This document shows positions 29,941 to 39,633 of a stretch of 64,000 nt of DNA, in pieces. Below the pieces are notes generated by a model. The model was given only the letters and a program-made list of their open reading frames with translations. It did not search any database and was not told the origin of the DNA. Position numbers and translations under genes: made by a program. The DNA comes from Nitrospinaceae bacterium (GTDB lineage Bacteria; Nitrospinota; Nitrospinia; Nitrospinales; Nitrospinaceae): contig OZ250172.1 in assembly GCA_965237905.1 (NCBI GenBank), forward strand, positions 1,024,001 to 1,088,000, given 5' to 3'. The stretch's first letter is position 1; the number at the start of each line of letters is the position of its first letter.

Positions 29941-29956
29941 TGCACTGACCGTGCCA
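29941..29956 (-). promoter_or_regulatory. sigma54 -24/-12 promoter
   Basis: Minus strand TGGCACGGTCAGTGCA, upstream of the VOC gene and divergent from an enhancer-binding protein. Confidence 0.75.
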
Positions 29957-30020
29957 AACTCTGCTATTTTATTAGTCCTTTATTTTTAATAGTTTAATGA
30001 TGCGAAAGGACTTCTTTACT

Positions 30021-30057
30021 TACTACTCATTTGCGTATTTAATGAAATTGAGTAGTA
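30021..30057. promoter_or_regulatory. inverted repeat, candidate enhancer (UAS) for the sigma54 activator
   Basis: TACTACTCA 30021-29 / TGAGTAGTA 30049-57. Confidence 0.5.
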
Positions 30058-30104
30058 CTATTACGATTATGCGTATACAATAAAGGCCTTATCAGGAGTG
30101 TGAG

Positions 30105-31553
30105 ATGGCGAAGAAACCAATAATCGAAAATGATCCGGGACTGGCCCAGTTCACCATTGAGCGGGCGGACGACGCCATACTCTGGCACGACTGTGACGCG
30201 CGCATTCAACACGCCAATCCGGCCGCCTGTGATCTGCTGGGCTACCCGCGGGAAGAGCTGGTGCAGTTGACCATCCAGGATATTAATCCCAGCTCCACCC
30301 CAAAGACCTGGGCGAAATTCTGGAAAGAGTTGCAGAAGAAGAAAGTCCTCGTGTTTGAAGACGATCATCGCACCCGCGACGGCCGAATCATTCCGTTTGA
30401 AACCAAAGTGAATTTTATCGAGTACAAAGGCCGGGAGTATGCCGTGGCGTTCAGCCGGAATATCTCCGAGCGCAAAAGGAATGAAGAGGAAAAAGCCCTG
30501 GCCTACAAGGAAATCTGCCGCCTGCGCAATCAGCTGGAATTGGAAAATGAGTATCTGCAGGAAGAGGTTTTGGAACTGCGGACGTTTGGCGATTTTGTCG
30601 GGCAAAGTCCTGCCTTGCAGAATATTTTAAGGCAGATCGAAATGGTCGCCCCGACCGATGCCAGCGTTCTCATTACCGGTGAATCGGGAACCGGCAAGGA
30701 ACTCATCGCCCATGCCATGCATACCCGAAGCGACCGCAACGCGCGGCGCATGATTCGGGTGAATTGCGCCTCGATTCCCAGGGAACTGTATGAAAGCGAA
30801 TTTTTCGGTCACGTCAAAGGCGCCTTTACCGGGGCGGTGAAAGACCGCGCCGGGCGGTTCGAACTGGCCCACGAGGGAACCCTGTTTCTGGATGAAGTCG
30901 GCGAAATCCCTCTCGAACTCCAAAGCAAATTATTGCGTGTTCTGCAGGAGGGAACGTTTGAGAGGGTCGGTGACGAGAAAACCCGCAATACCGATGTGCG
31001 AATCATTGCCGCCACCAATCGCGACCTCAAACGGGAAGTGGAGGAAGGACGGTTTCGCGAAGATCTGTATTACCGGCTGAATGTGTTTCCCATTGAAGTA
31101 CCTCCCCTCCGCAAACGCACAGAGGATATTCCGCTGTTGGCCGCCCATTTTCTGGAACTCAACGCCCGAAAGCTCAATCTCCCCAAACCGAAACTCAGCC
31201 AGGCCAACATGAACCAACTGCAAACGTATGACTGGCCGGGAAACGTCCGGGAACTGCAAAACGTGATCGAGCGGGCGATCATCACTTCACAGTCCGGTAA
31301 ACTCCATTTCGACCTGCCTGCCGGCAAAACGCCCCAAGGGGCTCCGGCCTCTGGTCGCAGGGAAAAGGCGGCAGGCGAGAAATCCCGGATTCTTACCTTT
31401 GAAGAAATCAAGCAACTGGACCGGGACAACCTCCTCGCCGCCCTGGAACAAACCGGAGGCAAAGTGTTTGGAACAGGCGGCGCCGCCGAGCTTCTCGATA
31501 CCCGCCCCACCACGCTGGCCTCCCGCATCAAACGGCTGGGACTGAAAAAGTGA
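30105..31553 (+). CDS. PAS-domain sigma54-dependent transcriptional activator
   Basis: PAS N-terminus, [24 protein letters not shown] and C-terminal HTH. Confidence 0.93.
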   Translation: MAKKPIIENDPGLAQFTIERADDAILWHDCDARIQHANPAACDLLGYPREELVQLTIQDINPSSTPKTWAKFWKELQKKKVLVFEDDHRTRDGRIIPFETKVNFIEYKGREYAVAFSRNISERKRNEEEKALAYKEICRLRNQLELENEYLQEEVLELRTFGDFVGQSPALQNILRQIEMVAPTDASVLITGESGTGKELIAHAMHTRSDRNARRMIRVNCASIPRELYESEFFGHVKGAFTGAVKDRAGRFELAHEGTLFLDEVGEIPLELQSKLLRVLQEGTFERVGDEKTRNTDVRIIAATNRDLKREVEEGRFREDLYYRLNVFPIEVPPLRKRTEDIPLLAAHFLELNARKLNLPKPKLSQANMNQLQTYDWPGNVRELQNVIERAIITSQSGKLHFDLPAGKTPQGAPASGRREKAAGEKSRILTFEEIKQLDRDNLLAALEQTGGKVFGTGGAAELLDTRPTTLASRIKRLGLKK

Positions 31554-31719
31554 CCCATATAGGGGAAAACCATTGATTTTAAAGATCAAAAGCCCAAGTC
31601 CGACAACCGGAGGCAAACAGCGCACTATAATTTCACGGAAAATCCAAGTATAATAGATGCTGGAGTAATCTCCTGAACCTGCACACAAGGACCCCATCGT
31701 GATCAAAGGATTCAAGGTC

Positions 31720-32313
31720 ATGACATTTCATCACACGCCGAACCCGGAGGCGGCCCAGTTCATCATGAGCGGGGATGTGATGAAAAAAGGTACCAAAACC
31801 TTTTCCTCTCCGGAATTGTCCAAGGGGGATCTTTTGGCCGAAGCTTTGTTCAAAATCTACGGCGTGGAAAATGTGTTCATCAAGGAAAACTTCGTCACCA
31901 TCACCAAATCACCGGTAGTGGCGTGGACCACAGTGATGGAACCGATTCAAAATGCGCTGGAACAGCACACGACCTTTTATGAAACCTGCGATGAAGACGC
32001 CCAGCCCGAAGCGGAGACTTCCAACATTCTGGAAAAGGTGGAGGTGGAGGATTTTCCGAACCTGACCGACGCGCAAAAATCGGAAGTGATCGACGCCCTG
32101 CTGGATCATGCTGTCCGCCCTGCCCTGGCCAACGATGGCGGCGGCATCACTCTACTGGGCGTGGAGGGAAATCTCGTGCGGGTTCACTATCAAGGCGCCT
32201 GCGGCACCTGTCCGAGTTCCACCACGGGAACATTGGAGTTTATCGAAAATTTCCTCAGGGACACCCTCAGCAAAGACCTCAAAGTTGAAACGGTCGACGC
32301 CTCGACTGTTTAA
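31720..32313 (+). CDS. Nfu/NifU-type Fe-S carrier
   Basis: TPNP N-terminal domain; VRPALANDGG and GACGTCPSS motifs. Confidence 0.88.
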   Translation: MTFHHTPNPEAAQFIMSGDVMKKGTKTFSSPELSKGDLLAEALFKIYGVENVFIKENFVTITKSPVVAWTTVMEPIQNALEQHTTFYETCDEDAQPEAETSNILEKVEVEDFPNLTDAQKSEVIDALLDHAVRPALANDGGGITLLGVEGNLVRVHYQGACGTCPSSTTGTLEFIENFLRDTLSKDLKVETVDASTV

Positions 32314-32888
32314 ATCCACTTGTTATGCACTTCCGGCGGCCGGAAGTTTTCAATAAACTCAATCGCCTGTTCCGGTGACTCCACCAGCGCGTACATCTTC
32401 AGCGTTTCCTCTTTAGCGAATTTCAACTCCACCAGTTTTTCGAAATGGCGGATGATGCCGTCGTAAAAACCTTCCGTATTAATAAATACCAAGGGTTTCA
32501 GAGTTTGCTTCAACTGGATCAGCGAAAAAATCTCCATCGCTTCTTCGAGAGTTCCCACCCCGCCCGGCAACACGATGAACGCATCGGACCGCTCATCCAT
32601 GATGCCCTTGCGCTCCCGCATATCTTGGGTGACGATCAATTCATCGGCCTCGCCGTATTCGATCTCCGTTTTCCTGAAAAATTCCGGTAACACACCGGTG
32701 ACTCTGCCCCCCTTGTCGTGCACGCCTCGGGCCACCGCACCCATCAAGCCAATCGACGCGCCGCCGTAGACCAGATCGATCCCAGCCTGGCCCATGCGCC
32801 GGCCCAGATCGGTCGCGGCATCCAGATACGCCCCATTCACAGCGTTGCTGGAGGCGCAGAACACGCATATCGAATGAATATGTCTCAT
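32310..32888 (-). CDS. LOG family protein (TIGR00730-type)
   Basis: LVYGGASIGLMG and PGGVGTLEE motifs. Confidence 0.9.
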   Translation of the reverse strand: MRHIHSICVFCASSNAVNGAYLDAATDLGRRMGQAGIDLVYGGASIGLMGAVARGVHDKGGRVTGVLPEFFRKTEIEYGEADELIVTQDMRERKGIMDERSDAFIVLPGGVGTLEEAMEIFSLIQLKQTLKPLVFINTEGFYDGIIRHFEKLVELKFAKEETLKMYALVESPEQAIEFIENFRPPEVHNKWI

Positions 32889-33165
32889 TTCAATTCCTGC
32901 ACAGTATCAAGCGTTTTAAAGACGGATCCCGGAGCCCACGATGGTTTCATCCTGTTCCCAAAAAAGAAAACCCGCCCGACATTGTAATGCATCCGGTTAC
33001 CCGACAAAAGCGGCCCTTTTAGCATAGTTAGTCCTTTTATTTTCAATAGTTTCCATGGGCACTTGACAGATTCCCCTCGAGTTCCCATATTTAGAGGGCA
33101 AGGCCGGGTCCCCCAGGGAGCCACAGGCCTCAAAAACCAACGGTTCCATCACAGGAGGTGTTCAC

Positions 33166-33270
33166 ATGGAATGGGTGGAAATTGGAAGTTCTGGAGGATT
33201 TTTAATGGGAGCCCTGGCAGTTTTGGCGGCAGGGGGATTTATGTTTTTCCTCGGCAAAAATATGGAATGA
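33166..33270 (+). CDS. unannotated 34-aa single-TM small protein
   Basis: TTGACA-N17-CATATT promoter at 33063, AGGAGG RBS, MEWVEIGSSGGFLMGALAVLAAGGFMFFLGKNME*, downstream terminator. Confidence 0.65.
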   Translation: MEWVEIGSSGGFLMGALAVLAAGGFMFFLGKNME

Positions 33271-33302
33271 CGAGCGGTACCTTTCCTGCATCTGAATTTC
33301 AT

Positions 33303-33334
33303 AACGGGTCATCCATTGGGATGGCCCGTTTTTT
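33303..33334 (+). terminator. intrinsic terminator
   Basis: AACGGGTCATCC/GGATGGCCCGTT stem followed by TTTT. Confidence 0.8.
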
Positions 33335-33342
33335 ATTGAGCC

Positions 33343-34491
33343 TCAATCCTTCCCGTCGGGGCTGTAGAGTTTGCGATATTCGTCGATGGAGGAGCGGTCG
33401 GTCATGCCGGAAATGTAATCACAGATGCGCCGCGGCAGGGATCCCTGATGCTCGTTGGCCAGCACGCTCTCCGGCAGAAGTTGGGGGATGCGAGTATAAG
33501 CGTCGAACAGTTTCGTCAGGTACAGTTCGGCTTTGAACTCCATGTGCCGTACCCGGCGGTGATGGTACATGTTTTTATGCAAAAACTTTTTCAGCTCGTT
33601 GTTCTTTTCGGCAACCTCTTTACTGAACCCCGCCACACGCTTTTGACAGGATCGCACATCGCCCACCGAACGGATGCCATACTGCTCGATATTCTCCTGC
33701 GTGGTCTTACGAAAATCGGTAATGAGATCATTAATGATTCTCCGGACGATCTGATATTTCTTGAGATCAAAATCCAGGTTCGCGTATTGTTGCTCCAGCA
33801 GTTTTTCATTTTCCTGCCACAGGGCGACTTCCTGCAATTGCCCGATATCGAGCAGATTCGAGGTGATGCCGTCATCCAGATCGTGCGCGTTGTAGGCGAT
33901 GCCGTCTGCAAAATCCGCCACCTGCCCTTCCAGCGAAGGATAGCGGTGCCCGGTTTCATTTAAAAGAGGATTGTCGGTGTCTCTGGAATGTTTGCTGATG
34001 CCTTCCTGCACTTCCCAGGTCAGGTTCAATCCTTCAAACTCCGGGTAGCGTTTTTCAAGAACCTTGACGATACGCAAACTCTGCTTGTTGTGTTCGAACC
34101 CGTCATGGTCTTTCATCAATAGGTTCAATACATCTTGCCCGGTATGCCCGAACGGCGGATGCCCCAGATCGTGTGCCAGCGCGATGGCTTCCGCCAAGTC
34201 CTCGTTCAACTGCAGAGACTTGCAGATGGAGCGGGCGATCTGTGCCACCTCCAGCGAATGAGTCAGCCGCGTCCGGTAATAATCACCTTCGTGATACACG
34301 AACACCTGGGTCTTGTATTCCAGTTTGCGGAACGCGGAAGTGTGGATGACCCGGTCGCGGTCGCGCTGGAACCGGGTGCGGTAGGCATGCTCGTCTTCCG
34401 TATGCGCGCGACCCCAGCTCTCCCCGCTTTTGACGGCGAACGGAGCCAGGTATTCATTTTCCAGCTTTTCAATGTCCTGACCCTTGATCAA
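33343..34491 (-). CDS. dgt: dGTP triphosphohydrolase (HD family)
   Basis: FQRDRDR, RTRLTHSLEV, HDLGHPPFGH and DYISGMTD motifs. Confidence 0.92.
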   Translation of the reverse strand: MIKGQDIEKLENEYLAPFAVKSGESWGRAHTEDEHAYRTRFQRDRDRVIHTSAFRKLEYKTQVFVYHEGDYYRTRLTHSLEVAQIARSICKSLQLNEDLAEAIALAHDLGHPPFGHTGQDVLNLLMKDHDGFEHNKQSLRIVKVLEKRYPEFEGLNLTWEVQEGISKHSRDTDNPLLNETGHRYPSLEGQVADFADGIAYNAHDLDDGITSNLLDIGQLQEVALWQENEKLLEQQYANLDFDLKKYQIVRRIINDLITDFRKTTQENIEQYGIRSVGDVRSCQKRVAGFSKEVAEKNNELKKFLHKNMYHHRRVRHMEFKAELYLTKLFDAYTRIPQLLPESVLANEHQGSLPRRICDYISGMTDRSSIDEYRKLYSPDGKD

Positions 34492-34526
34492 TTTTTTGCC
34501 TCATTTAAGAGATCTATAAACAAGAT

Positions 34527-34587
34527 TGTTACCCTGAGCCTGTCGAAGGGGGACAACGCATCATGCTTCGACAGGCTCAGCATGACA
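34527..34587. repeat. REP-like palindromic element
   Basis: CTGAGCCTGTCGAAG ... CTTCGACAGGCTCAG perfect 15-bp inverted repeat. Confidence 0.75.
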
Positions 34588-34753
34588 GCGAATCCTTTGT
34601 ATGGATTCTCCGGGCATTGTATCTGATTCGGGCTGATTTTCAATGTTCATCGCCGTGCGCTGGCAACTGATTCGGGGTTTTGTTATGGTGGACACCGCGC
34701 CTGCGGTCATTCGCAGTCTTACAATGGATCAAAACCACTCTATTAAGTAACCT

Positions 34754-35956
34754 ATGACCCTCGAATCGGACTTTCTGATAATCGGCGGCGGCATTATGGG
34801 GCTGAGCATCGCCCGCGAACTCCGCAAAAGTTTTCACGGGTCCAAGGTAATTCTGATCGAAAAAGAAGATCATTGTGGCGAGCATGCCAGTGGCCGCAAC
34901 AGCGGCGTTCTGCACGCCGGATTCTATTATACTGCCGATAGCCTCAAGGCCCGCTTTACCCGCGACGGCAACCGGGCGCTCACCGAATATTGCGAATCCC
35001 ATGGCCTCAAAATCAACAAGTGCGGCAAACTGGTGGTGGCTCAGAACGAAAGCGAGTTGCCCTGGCTGGAGGAATTGATACGCCGGGCGGAGAAAAACGG
35101 TGTCGACCTGAAGTCCATCGATCAAAAAGAAGCGGAGTCGATAGAGCCCCGCGTCAAAACCCACCAGCGCGCGCTGTTCTCCCCCAGCACCTCATCGGTG
35201 GACCCCGGAGAAGTCATGTCCCGTCTTCATGAAGATGCACTGGCCGAAGGTGTGGAAGTTCATTTGGGAGTGCGTTACCTGCAACGAACCGCGACCGGCA
35301 TTCAAACGACTGCAGGAGATTATAATGCACGGTACATGATTAACTGCGCCGGGTTATACGCCGACACCATCGGACGCGACTTCGGGTTTTCCAAACACTA
35401 CCGTATTCTGCCGTTCAAAGGCCTGTATCTTTATTCCAATGAGCCGGCGGGATCGCTCCGCACCCACATCTATCCGGTACCCGACCTGCGCAATCCTTTC
35501 CTGGGCGTTCACTTTACCGTCACCGCCCAGGGCGCGGTCAAAATAGGGCCGACGGCCACCCCAGCCTTCTGGCGGGAACAATATAAAGGAGGGGAAAACT
35601 TCAACTCCGCCGAGCTGATTGAAATTCTGTTCCGCCAGGCCGGCCTCTTTTTTTCCTCCAATTTCGATTTCAAGCGGCTGGCCTGGGAAGAAATCCAGAA
35701 ATACTCGCGGGGCCACCTGATATCCCTCGCTTCCAATCTGCTTCAGGGGGTCCGCAAGAGCCAGTACAAAAAGTGGGGCCCACCGGGAATCCGAGCTCAA
35801 TTATTGGACCTCAGGGGGAAAAAGCTTGAAATGGACTTCATTCTGGAAAACGATGATCAATCGATGCATCTATTGAACGCCGTCTCCCCCGCCTTCACCT
35901 GCGCCTTCCCTTTTGCCGAATATGTGTGCCAAAAAATAAAACGATTGATAGAATAA
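34754..35956 (+). CDS. lhgO: L-2-hydroxyglutarate oxidase-like FAD oxidoreductase
   Basis: GGGIMG, HASGRNSGVLHAG, IYPVPD..PFLGVH and NAVSPAFT motifs. Confidence 0.85.
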   Translation: MTLESDFLIIGGGIMGLSIARELRKSFHGSKVILIEKEDHCGEHASGRNSGVLHAGFYYTADSLKARFTRDGNRALTEYCESHGLKINKCGKLVVAQNESELPWLEELIRRAEKNGVDLKSIDQKEAESIEPRVKTHQRALFSPSTSSVDPGEVMSRLHEDALAEGVEVHLGVRYLQRTATGIQTTAGDYNARYMINCAGLYADTIGRDFGFSKHYRILPFKGLYLYSNEPAGSLRTHIYPVPDLRNPFLGVHFTVTAQGAVKIGPTATPAFWREQYKGGENFNSAELIEILFRQAGLFFSSNFDFKRLAWEEIQKYSRGHLISLASNLLQGVRKSQYKKWGPPGIRAQLLDLRGKKLEMDFILENDDQSMHLLNAVSPAFTCAFPFAEYVCQKIKRLIE

Positions 35957-36112
35957 AGGGATCCTTTCAAGGTCATGTCAAGGAACTGCCTTTTTGCCAA
36001 AATAACCCCGGGACTCCTTTATATCGCAATTCCTTTCGAGCCTGGTCCGTCCCACTTGGGCTAATATGTTATTTTTCTTGACGTTATTTCCCTCATCCAC
36101 TATTCTTTGAAT

Positions 36113-37252
36113 ATGCAGTGTGATAATTGCGGTTACATATTCTTCCAACCTTCCAGGAAGTGCGCCTGTTGCAGTGCCCCTTATGCGCCGACTCAGTCCG
36201 CCTTTGACGTGGGGCAGGAAAACCTGTTCACTATCTTCGAGATGGCACCCGGTGAAGGCGGAATTCCAAGCGGCATGGGAATGACCGGGGCTGGCGCTGG
36301 AGTTGAGGATTTCAACTTCACGGATGATTTTGATACGGGTGGAACCGAGTATGGCGTGGATGAAAACGTCCTCGACCTGAGCGATGCGGAAGCTGAAGGA
36401 TTTGGGCCAAGTACCGCCGCCGGGGTTATGAGCGTTGATGACTTTGAATTTGATACCACCATGGATGAAATGGCTCCCATGGAAAATGCCGGAGCCGACA
36501 ACTTTGATTTGAATCTTTCCGATGATCTCGCAGACGATGAAACGGTTGCTACGGAAATCCCAGAACTTGAAATAGAAACCGATGAGGCCGCGGGCGTGGA
36601 TTTTGCCGGTGGGTTCGATGAAGTGGAAGGCCTGGGCTTTGGATTTGACGAATCTCCTGCTGAAGAGACGTCGGATATGGCCACTGAAGAAATCAGTCTG
36701 GATGCCTCTCCAGAACCTGAAGCTGAGATTTCCCTGGAACCGGAATTGGATATGGACGATGAACAACCCACTTTGGAACTCTCTGAGGAACTGGGGTTGG
36801 AAATGGACGACGAACAACCCTCTTTGGAGCTTTCTGAAGAACCCTCCATGGAGCTCCCTGATGACCTTGACTTGGATACGGGAGAAATGGATACCTTTGA
36901 AGAGGAATCCTCCATAGAACTCCCCGACGATTTAGAACTTTCTGATGAACCTGAATTGATGGAAACCGAAGACTACGCCGAAATGGAAGATGACGGAGGA
37001 ATAGAATTTGACCTCGACGGCGTGGATTTAGACGAACCGGAAGAAGTCTCCTATGAGGTGCCCGAAGCGGAAACCGGCGATGAGGAAATCTCCTTTGAGA
37101 TACCCGAAGCAGAAACCGGCGATGAGGAAATCTCCTATGAGGTGCCCGAAGCGGCAACCGACGACGAGGAACCCTCCATGGATTTCGACGGGCTGGAATT
37201 GGAAATGGGATCCCCCGAGGAACCCGAAGAAGATGAAGATTTTACGAAGTAA
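36113..37252 (+). CDS. zinc-ribbon protein with very acidic repetitive tail
   Basis: CDNC...CACC N-terminus followed by an Asp/Glu-rich low-complexity region. Confidence 0.75.
   Translation: MQCDNCGYIFFQPSRKCACCSAPYAPTQSAFDVGQENLFTIFEMAPGEGGIPSGMGMTGAGAGVEDFNFTDDFDTGGTEYGVDENVLDLSDAEAEGFGPSTAAGVMSVDDFEFDTTMDEMAPMENAGADNFDLNLSDDLADDETVATEIPELEIETDEAAGVDFAGGFDEVEGLGFGFDESPAEETSDMATEEISLDASPEPEAEISLEPELDMDDEQPTLELSEELGLEMDDEQPSLELSEEPSMELPDDLDLDTGEMDTFEEESSIELPDDLELSDEPELMETEDYAEMEDDGGIEFDLDGVDLDEPEEVSYEVPEAETGDEEISFEIPEAETGDEEISYEVPEAATDDEEPSMDFDGLELEMGSPEEPEEDEDFTK
37040..37165 (+). repeat. 42-bp coding tandem repeat x3
   Basis: Encodes EEVSYEVPEAETGD / EEISFEIPEAETGD / EEISYEVPEAATDD. Confidence 0.85.
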
Positions 37253-37557
37253 CTTCCCCTTTTTATTTTGCATTCCCTTTTGACCCACCCCCCCCTAAAC
37301 AAAAATTCCACCCCTCATCCAGGAAATTTGGTTTTCCCCCACTTTTGTGCTAAAAAGGCTATTTTTTTGCATTTAAGGGAAAATATTGGATTTTGAGCCG
37401 ATTTTAATTTATAAATTGGTTGGAGCAAACCCGTCTCTAACAGGAATTGGCAGTTCCAGGTAGTTCGGGAGCAAACGTCGAGAACACCATCCACCTTCGG
37501 GGACTGGCAAGCTTTCTGTCCCGGCGTTTCCCATTCACCTTTTCCCTGATATTCCCA

Positions 37558-38022
37558 ATGACACCAGCCCGTTTCGGACGTCGTTACATCGCGTTTTTGC
37601 TGGATATCTTTTTTTTGGAAATACTGGGGGTATTGGCCACGGTACCTCTGGTCAATCAAACAGACCAGGATCTGGCGAAGGTTCTGATTCGCTGGTTTGC
37701 CATGGGGGAAATCAGCCCGGAGGGGGCTTGGCTGGTGGCATTGTACTGCCTGGTGTTGGGTTTGCTGTGGAGTATGTATTTTGTCGGGTTTACCGCCGCC
37801 TGCGGACAAACTCCCGGAAAGAGAATCATGAGCTTGTACGTTGTTGATGAGAGCGGAGCGCCTGTGGATTGGGATGCCGCCTCGGTCCGATTTTTTATCG
37901 GTTATCCCGTTTCGCTCCTGCCCTTGGGCCTGGGTTGTTATTGGGCTCTGGTGGATAAGAATAATCAAGCGTGGCACGATAAAATTGCCGGGACTCTGGT
38001 GACAGGGCCCGCGACTTCATAA
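37558..38022 (+). CDS. RDD family membrane protein
   Basis: RRYIAFLLD, GQTPGK and WHDKIAGT motifs. Confidence 0.88.
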   Translation: MTPARFGRRYIAFLLDIFFLEILGVLATVPLVNQTDQDLAKVLIRWFAMGEISPEGAWLVALYCLVLGLLWSMYFVGFTAACGQTPGKRIMSLYVVDESGAPVDWDAASVRFFIGYPVSLLPLGLGCYWALVDKNNQAWHDKIAGTLVTGPATS

Positions 38023-38049
38023 ACCTTAATATTGCAGGAATCAGACCTA

Positions 38050-39195
38050 ATGAAAAAAACGTATCTGCTGGCTCCGGGACCGACCCCGGTCCCCGAAACC
38101 GTCAATCTGGAAATGGCCGCGCCGATGGTGCATCATCGCACCCCCCAATTCAGCAAGATCTTCGGCGAAGCGGCGGAAGACGCCAAGTACCTGTTCCAAA
38201 CCAAACAGGATGTTATCATTCTGGCATCCACCGGCACCGGGGGCATGGAGAGCTGTATCACCAACCTGTTCTCACCGGGCGATAAAGTCCTGGTCGTCAA
38301 CGGTGGAAAATTCGGGGAACGCTGGGGCAAGATCAGCGAATCGTACGGCCTCGAACCGGTCTGGATTAATGTCGAATGGGGACAGGCTGTGGACGCCAAC
38401 AAAGTTAAAGAGGTATTGGATAAAGACAAGGACATCCGTGCGATCCTGGTGCAGGCCAGTGAAACCTCCACCGCCGTAGCCCATCCGATCGAAGCTTTGT
38501 CAAAACTGACCCGCGACCGTGACGATATCCTACTGGTGGTTGACGGCATTACCGGTGTCGGTGTGTTTCCTCTGCCGATGGACGAGTGGGGGATCGATGC
38601 CATCGTCACCGGCTCCCAAAAAGCACTGCAACTGCCGCCGGGTATCGCCCTGGTGGCGTTGAGTGAAAAGGCCTGGAAATTTGCCGACCAGTCCAAGTGC
38701 CCGCATTTCTATTTTGATCTCAAGAAAGAACGCAAAAACCTGGCCGACCAAACCTCGGCCTACACACCAGCGGTTTCTCTGGTGATCGGCTTGCGCGCCG
38801 TATTAAAAAGTTTCAAGGAAGAGGGAATCGAGAACGTCCACAAACGTCACAACCGGCTGGCACGGGCCACCCGCGCGGCAACCAAAGCATTGGGACTGAA
38901 GATGGTCGCGCCCGATGCCCCGGCAGACAGCCTCACCGGCGTGTTTCTTCCCGACGGGATTGACGGCGGCAAATTCGTCAAAAGCCTGCGCGATGACTTC
39001 GGGGTAACTATGGCCGGCGGACAAGATCAATGGAAAGGTAAAGTCGTCCGCATCGCGCATCTCGGCTATGTGGATACGTTCGACACCATCATCGCTATTG
39101 CGGCCCTTGAGATGGCACTCAAAAAATTCGGGCATGCCGTGGCATTGGGCAAGGGCGTTGCGGCGGCGCAGGAAATTTTACTCGAAGCATACTGA
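38050..39195 (+). CDS. class V aminotransferase (alanine-glyoxylate/serine-pyruvate type)
   Basis: PGPTP, HHRT and TGSQKAL PLP-lysine motif; lies upstream of serA. Confidence 0.9.
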   Translation: MKKTYLLAPGPTPVPETVNLEMAAPMVHHRTPQFSKIFGEAAEDAKYLFQTKQDVIILASTGTGGMESCITNLFSPGDKVLVVNGGKFGERWGKISESYGLEPVWINVEWGQAVDANKVKEVLDKDKDIRAILVQASETSTAVAHPIEALSKLTRDRDDILLVVDGITGVGVFPLPMDEWGIDAIVTGSQKALQLPPGIALVALSEKAWKFADQSKCPHFYFDLKKERKNLADQTSAYTPAVSLVIGLRAVLKSFKEEGIENVHKRHNRLARATRAATKALGLKMVAPDAPADSLTGVFLPDGIDGGKFVKSLRDDFGVTMAGGQDQWKGKVVRIAHLGYVDTFDTIIAIAALEMALKKFGHAVALGKGVAAAQEILLEAY

Positions 39196-39217
39196 AATAA
39201 TTAAGATTGAAAATTTA

Positions 39218-39547
39218 ATGTCCATTGAAGAAACTGAAGTTATTGATTTTATTTCAATCGATAAATCAGCAGGTGCTGTCCATCTAACCATTTCGGATCA
39301 TTTGGAATGGGAAGAAAAGGAAGGCGAACACCTTTTATTATTACAAGATAAAATCAATGCATATTTGAGGTTTATAGAGGGCGGCGAATTAGAGGAAACA
39401 TATCCTAAAGCAAAAGGAAAAAAAATTGTGATAAGTATTGTCGGCCAGTATCCTCTAAGTCAGGAAGCAAAAAAGTTCTATGATATGGCCGCAGGGATTA
39501 CCGAGGAAGCAGGAATTCAATTGGAATTTAAATTAGCTGAAGATTAA
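39218..39547 (+). CDS. DUF6572-like small protein
   Basis: VIDFI, LTISDHLEW and LLQDKINAYL.FIE pattern; AT-rich. Confidence 0.65.
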   Translation: MSIEETEVIDFISIDKSAGAVHLTISDHLEWEEKEGEHLLLLQDKINAYLRFIEGGELEETYPKAKGKKIVISIVGQYPLSQEAKKFYDMAAGITEEAGIQLEFKLAED

Positions 39548-39633
39548 AACCATGAGGTTTTCAGCCAATCAACAGACGAAAACCTTTCCAGGTACAAACA
39601 TAACTAATTTTAATTTTTTGGAGTTTTGAAATA

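Noticed and set aside
33063..33536. 157-aa ORF from the track
   Set aside because: Starts in the -35 box, crosses a terminator and overlaps dgt antisense; the 34-aa ORF in another frame has the RBS
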